NCBI RefSeq assembly: GCF_009914755.1
Contig: NC_060944.1
Reading direction: 5' to 3' (one strand)
DNA: 64,000 nt
Origin: the human T2T-CHM13v2.0 reference genome, Homo sapiens
The notes beneath the pieces were generated by a model that made no database searches, had not been told where the DNA came from, and saw nothing but the letters and a program-made list of their open reading frames with translations. This document shows positions 61,001-64,000 of the stretch, piece after piece. The position numbers and the translations under genes are program-made. Every line of letters starts with the position of its first letter. Position 1 is the first letter of the stretch.

Positions 61001-64000
61001 TCTGGAAGTGTCCATTCGGAGCGCATTCAGGCTTGTGTTGAAAAAGGAAATATCCTCCCATAAAAACTAGACAGAAGCATTCTCAGAAACTTATTTGTGA
61101 TGTATGTACTCAACTAACAGAACTAAACCATCGTTTTGAAGGAGCAGTTTTGAAACACTCTTTTTGCGGAATCTGCAACTGGATATTTGGCTAGCTTGGA
61201 GGATTTCGTTGGAAACGGGATTACATACAAAAAGCAGACAGCAGCATTCTCAGAAACTTCTTTGTGATGTTTGCATTCAAGTCGCAGAGTTGAACATTCC
61301 CTTTCATAGAGCAGGTTTGAAACACTCTTTTTGTAGTATCTGGATGTGGACATTTGGATCGCTTTCAGGCCTATGGTGAAAAAGGAAATATCTTACCATG
61401 AAAACTAGACAGAAGCATTCTCAGAAACTTATTTGTGATGTGTGCCCTCAACTGACAGTGTTGAACCTTTGTTTTGATAGAGCAGTTCTGAAACACACTT
61501 TTTGTAAAATCTGCAAGAGGATATTTGGATAGCTTTGAGGATTTCGTTGGAAACGGGAATGTCTTCATGTAAACTCTAGACAGAAGCATTCTCAGAAACT
61601 GCTTTGGGATGTTTCAATTGAAGTCCCAGTGTTGAACATTCCCTTTCATAGAGCAGGTTTGAAACACTCTTTTTGTAGTATCGGGAAGTGGACATTTGGA
61701 GCGCTTTCAGGTCTACGGTGAAAAAGGAGATATCTTCCAATAAAAACTAGATAGAAGCAATGTCAGAACTTTTTTCATGATGTATCTACTCAGCAAACAG
61801 AGTTGAACCTTTCTTTTGAGAGAGCAGTTTTGAAACACTCTTTTTGTGGAATATGCAAGTGGGTATTAGGCCAGCTTGGAGGATTTCGTTGGAAACGGGA
61901 ATACGTATAAAAAGCAGACAGCAGCATTGTCAGAAACTACTTTGTGATGCTTGCATTCAAGTCACAGAATTGAACACTCCCTTTCACAGAGCAGGTTTGA
62001 AACACTCTTTTTGTAGTGTCTGTAAGTGAACATTTGGATTGCTTTCAGGCCTAAGGTGAAAAAGGAAATATCTTCCCATAAAAACTAGACAGAAGCATTC
62101 TCAGAAACTTGTTTGTGATGTGTGCCCTCTACTGACAGAGTTGAACCTTTCTTTGCAAAGAGCAGTTTTGAAACACTCTTTTTGTAGAATCTGCAAGAGG
62201 ATATTTGGATAGCTTTGAGGATTTCTTGGGAAACGGGAATGTCTTCAGATAAACTCTAGACAGAAGCATTCTCAGAAACTTCTTTGGGATGTTTCAATTG
62301 AAGTCACAGTGTTGAACATTCCCTTTCACAGAGCAGGTTTGAAACACTATTTTTGTAGTGTATATAAGTGAACATTTGGCGTGCTTTCAGGCCTAAAGTG
62401 AAAAAGGAAATATCTTCCCATAAAAACTAGACAGAAGCATTCTCAGAAACTTGTTTGTGATGTGTGCCCTCTACTGACAGAGTTGAACCTTTCTTTGCAA
62501 AGAGCAGCTTTGAAACACTCTTTTTGTAGAATCTGCAAGAGGATATTTGGATAGCTTTGAGGATTTCGTTGGAAACGGGTATGTCTTCAGATAAACTCTA
62601 GACAGAAGCATTCTCAGAAACTTCTTTGGGATGTTGCATTCAAGTCACAGAGTAGAACATTCCCATTCATAGAGCAGATTTGAAACACTCTTTTTGTAGT
62701 ATCTGGAAGTGGACATTTGGAGCGCTTTCAGGCCTATGTTGAAAAAGGAAATATCTTCCCATAAAAACTAGACGGAAGCATTCTCAGAAACTTACTTCTG
62801 ATGTGTTTGCTCAACTAACAGAATTGAACCATCGTTTTGAAGGAGCAGTTTTGAAACACTGTTTTCGTGGAATCTGCAAGTGGATATTTGGCTAGCTTTG
62901 AGGATTTCGTTGGAAACGGGATTACCTATAAATAGGAGACAGCAGCATTCTCAGAAACTTCTTTGTGATGTCTGCATTCAAGTCACAGAGTTGAGCATTC
63001 CCTTTCATACAGCAGGTTTGAAACACTCTTTTTGTAGTATCTGGATGAGGACATTTGGAGCGCTTTCAGGCGTATGGTGAAAAAGGAAATATCTTCCCGT
63101 AAAAACTAGACAGAAGCATTCTCAGAAATTTATTTGTGATGTGTGCCCTCAACTAACAGAGTTGAACCTTTCTTTTGATAGAGCAGTTTTGAAACACTCT
63201 TTTTGTAAAATCTGCAAGAGGATATTTGGATAGCTTTGAGGATTTCGTTGCAAACGGGAATGGCTTCATATAAACTCTAGACAGAAGCATTCTCAGAAAC
63301 TTCGTTGGGATGTTTCGATTGAAGTCCCAGTGTTGAACATTCCCTTTTATAGAGCAGGTTGGAAACACTCTTTTTGCGTTCCTTGGAAGTGGACATTTGG
63401 AGCGCTTTCAGGACGACGGTGAAAATGGAAATATCTTCCAATAAAATCTAGATAGAAGCAATGTCAGAAACTTTTATGTGATGGATCTACTCAGCTAACA
63501 GAGTTGAAGCTTTCTTTTGAGAGAGCAGTTTTGCAACACTCTTTTTGTGGAATATGCAAGTGGATATTAGGGCAGCTTTGAGGATTTCGTTGGAAACGGG
63601 AATACATGTAAAAAGCAGACAGCAGCATTCTCAGAAACTTCTTTGTGATGTTTGCATTGAAGTCAGAGTTGAACATTCCCTTTGAGAGAGCAGGTTTGAA
63701 ACACGCCTTTTGTCATATCTGGAAGTGTCCATTCGGAGCGCATTCAGGCTTGTGTTGAAAAAGGAAACATCCTCCCATAAAAACTAGACAGAAGCATTCT
63801 CAGAAACTTATTTGTGATGTATGTACTCAACTAACAGAACTAAACCATCGTTTTGAAGGAGCAGTTTTGAAACACTCTTTTTGCGGAATCTGCAACTGGA
63901 TATTTGGCTAGCTTGGAGGATTTCGTTGGAAACGGGATTACATACAAAAAGCAGACAGCAGCATTCTCAGAAACTTCTTTGTGATGTTTGCATTCAAGTC

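Larger units (their letters stand above)
23509..64000 (+). repeat. Alpha-satellite 16-mer HOR array (2717-2719 bp), dimeric SF2-like; tentatively human chr20 D20Z2 (S2C20H1L)
   Basis: Dimer-a boxes at 25202, 27921, 30638, 33357, 36074, 38447, 41166, 43883, 46256, 48975, 52034, 54753, 57472, 60189, 62906. Eight dimers a-h per unit. The chromosome label is recalled knowledge, not verified. Confidence 0.93.

Noticed and set aside
116-63676. Numerous 60-126 aa ORFs recurring on both strands
   Set aside because: They recur with the satellite period, overlap in several frames, many start at GTG/TTG, and they lack gene context or recognisable domains. They are typical alphoid translation artefacts.
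1-64000. CRISPR-like or prokaryotic repeat-spacer system (regularly recurring conserved motifs)
   Set aside because: The sequence between motifs is itself homologous ~170-bp repeat, not unique spacer, and there are no cas-like ORFs.
23509-64000. Assignment to D17Z1 (also a ~2.7-kb 16-mer)
   Set aside because: D17Z1 is pentameric (SF3); here box sites alternate every ~340 bp, which is dimeric.
23509-64000. Claim that this stretch is the kinetochore/CENP-A site
   Set aside because: This cannot be determined from sequence; it needs CENP-A or methylation data, and the window is at an array edge.

Overview
The whole 64 kb window is primate (most likely human) centromeric alpha-satellite: ~170-bp monomers in a dimeric pattern, with a CENP-B box (nTTCGnnnnAnnCGGGn) in every second monomer. 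I see no genes, RNA genes, transposons or CRISPR; all ORFs in the track are translation artefacts of the repeat. There are three domains. (1) 1-17598: a homogeneous 8-mer higher-order repeat (HOR, 1360 bp) with boxes on the minus strand, whose copies largely alternate between two subtypes (2720-bp super-period). (2) A sharp strand inversion at ~17598/17601, then ~5.9 kb of diverged, rearranged HOR copies. This zone includes an inverted remnant of the 8-mer, an 18-mer-period relic and a break in dimer phase. (3) ~23.5-64 kb: a homogeneous 16-mer HOR (2717-2719 bp) on the plus strand, with 10-mer, 4-mer and 18-mer variants and nested 5436- and 7809-bp super-repeats. A dimeric 16-mer next to an inverted 8-mer fits the edge of the human chr20 active array (D20Z2/S2C20H1L), but that assignment is recalled knowledge and needs a database check. 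The interest here is structural and evolutionary; I found no novel coding system. Notation: the 16-mer's eight dimers are labelled a-h by the sequence after each box (a ttacatata, b atggcttc, c atacatgt, d ttacataca, e atgtcttcatg, f atacgtat, g broken TTCT box, h gtatgtc).
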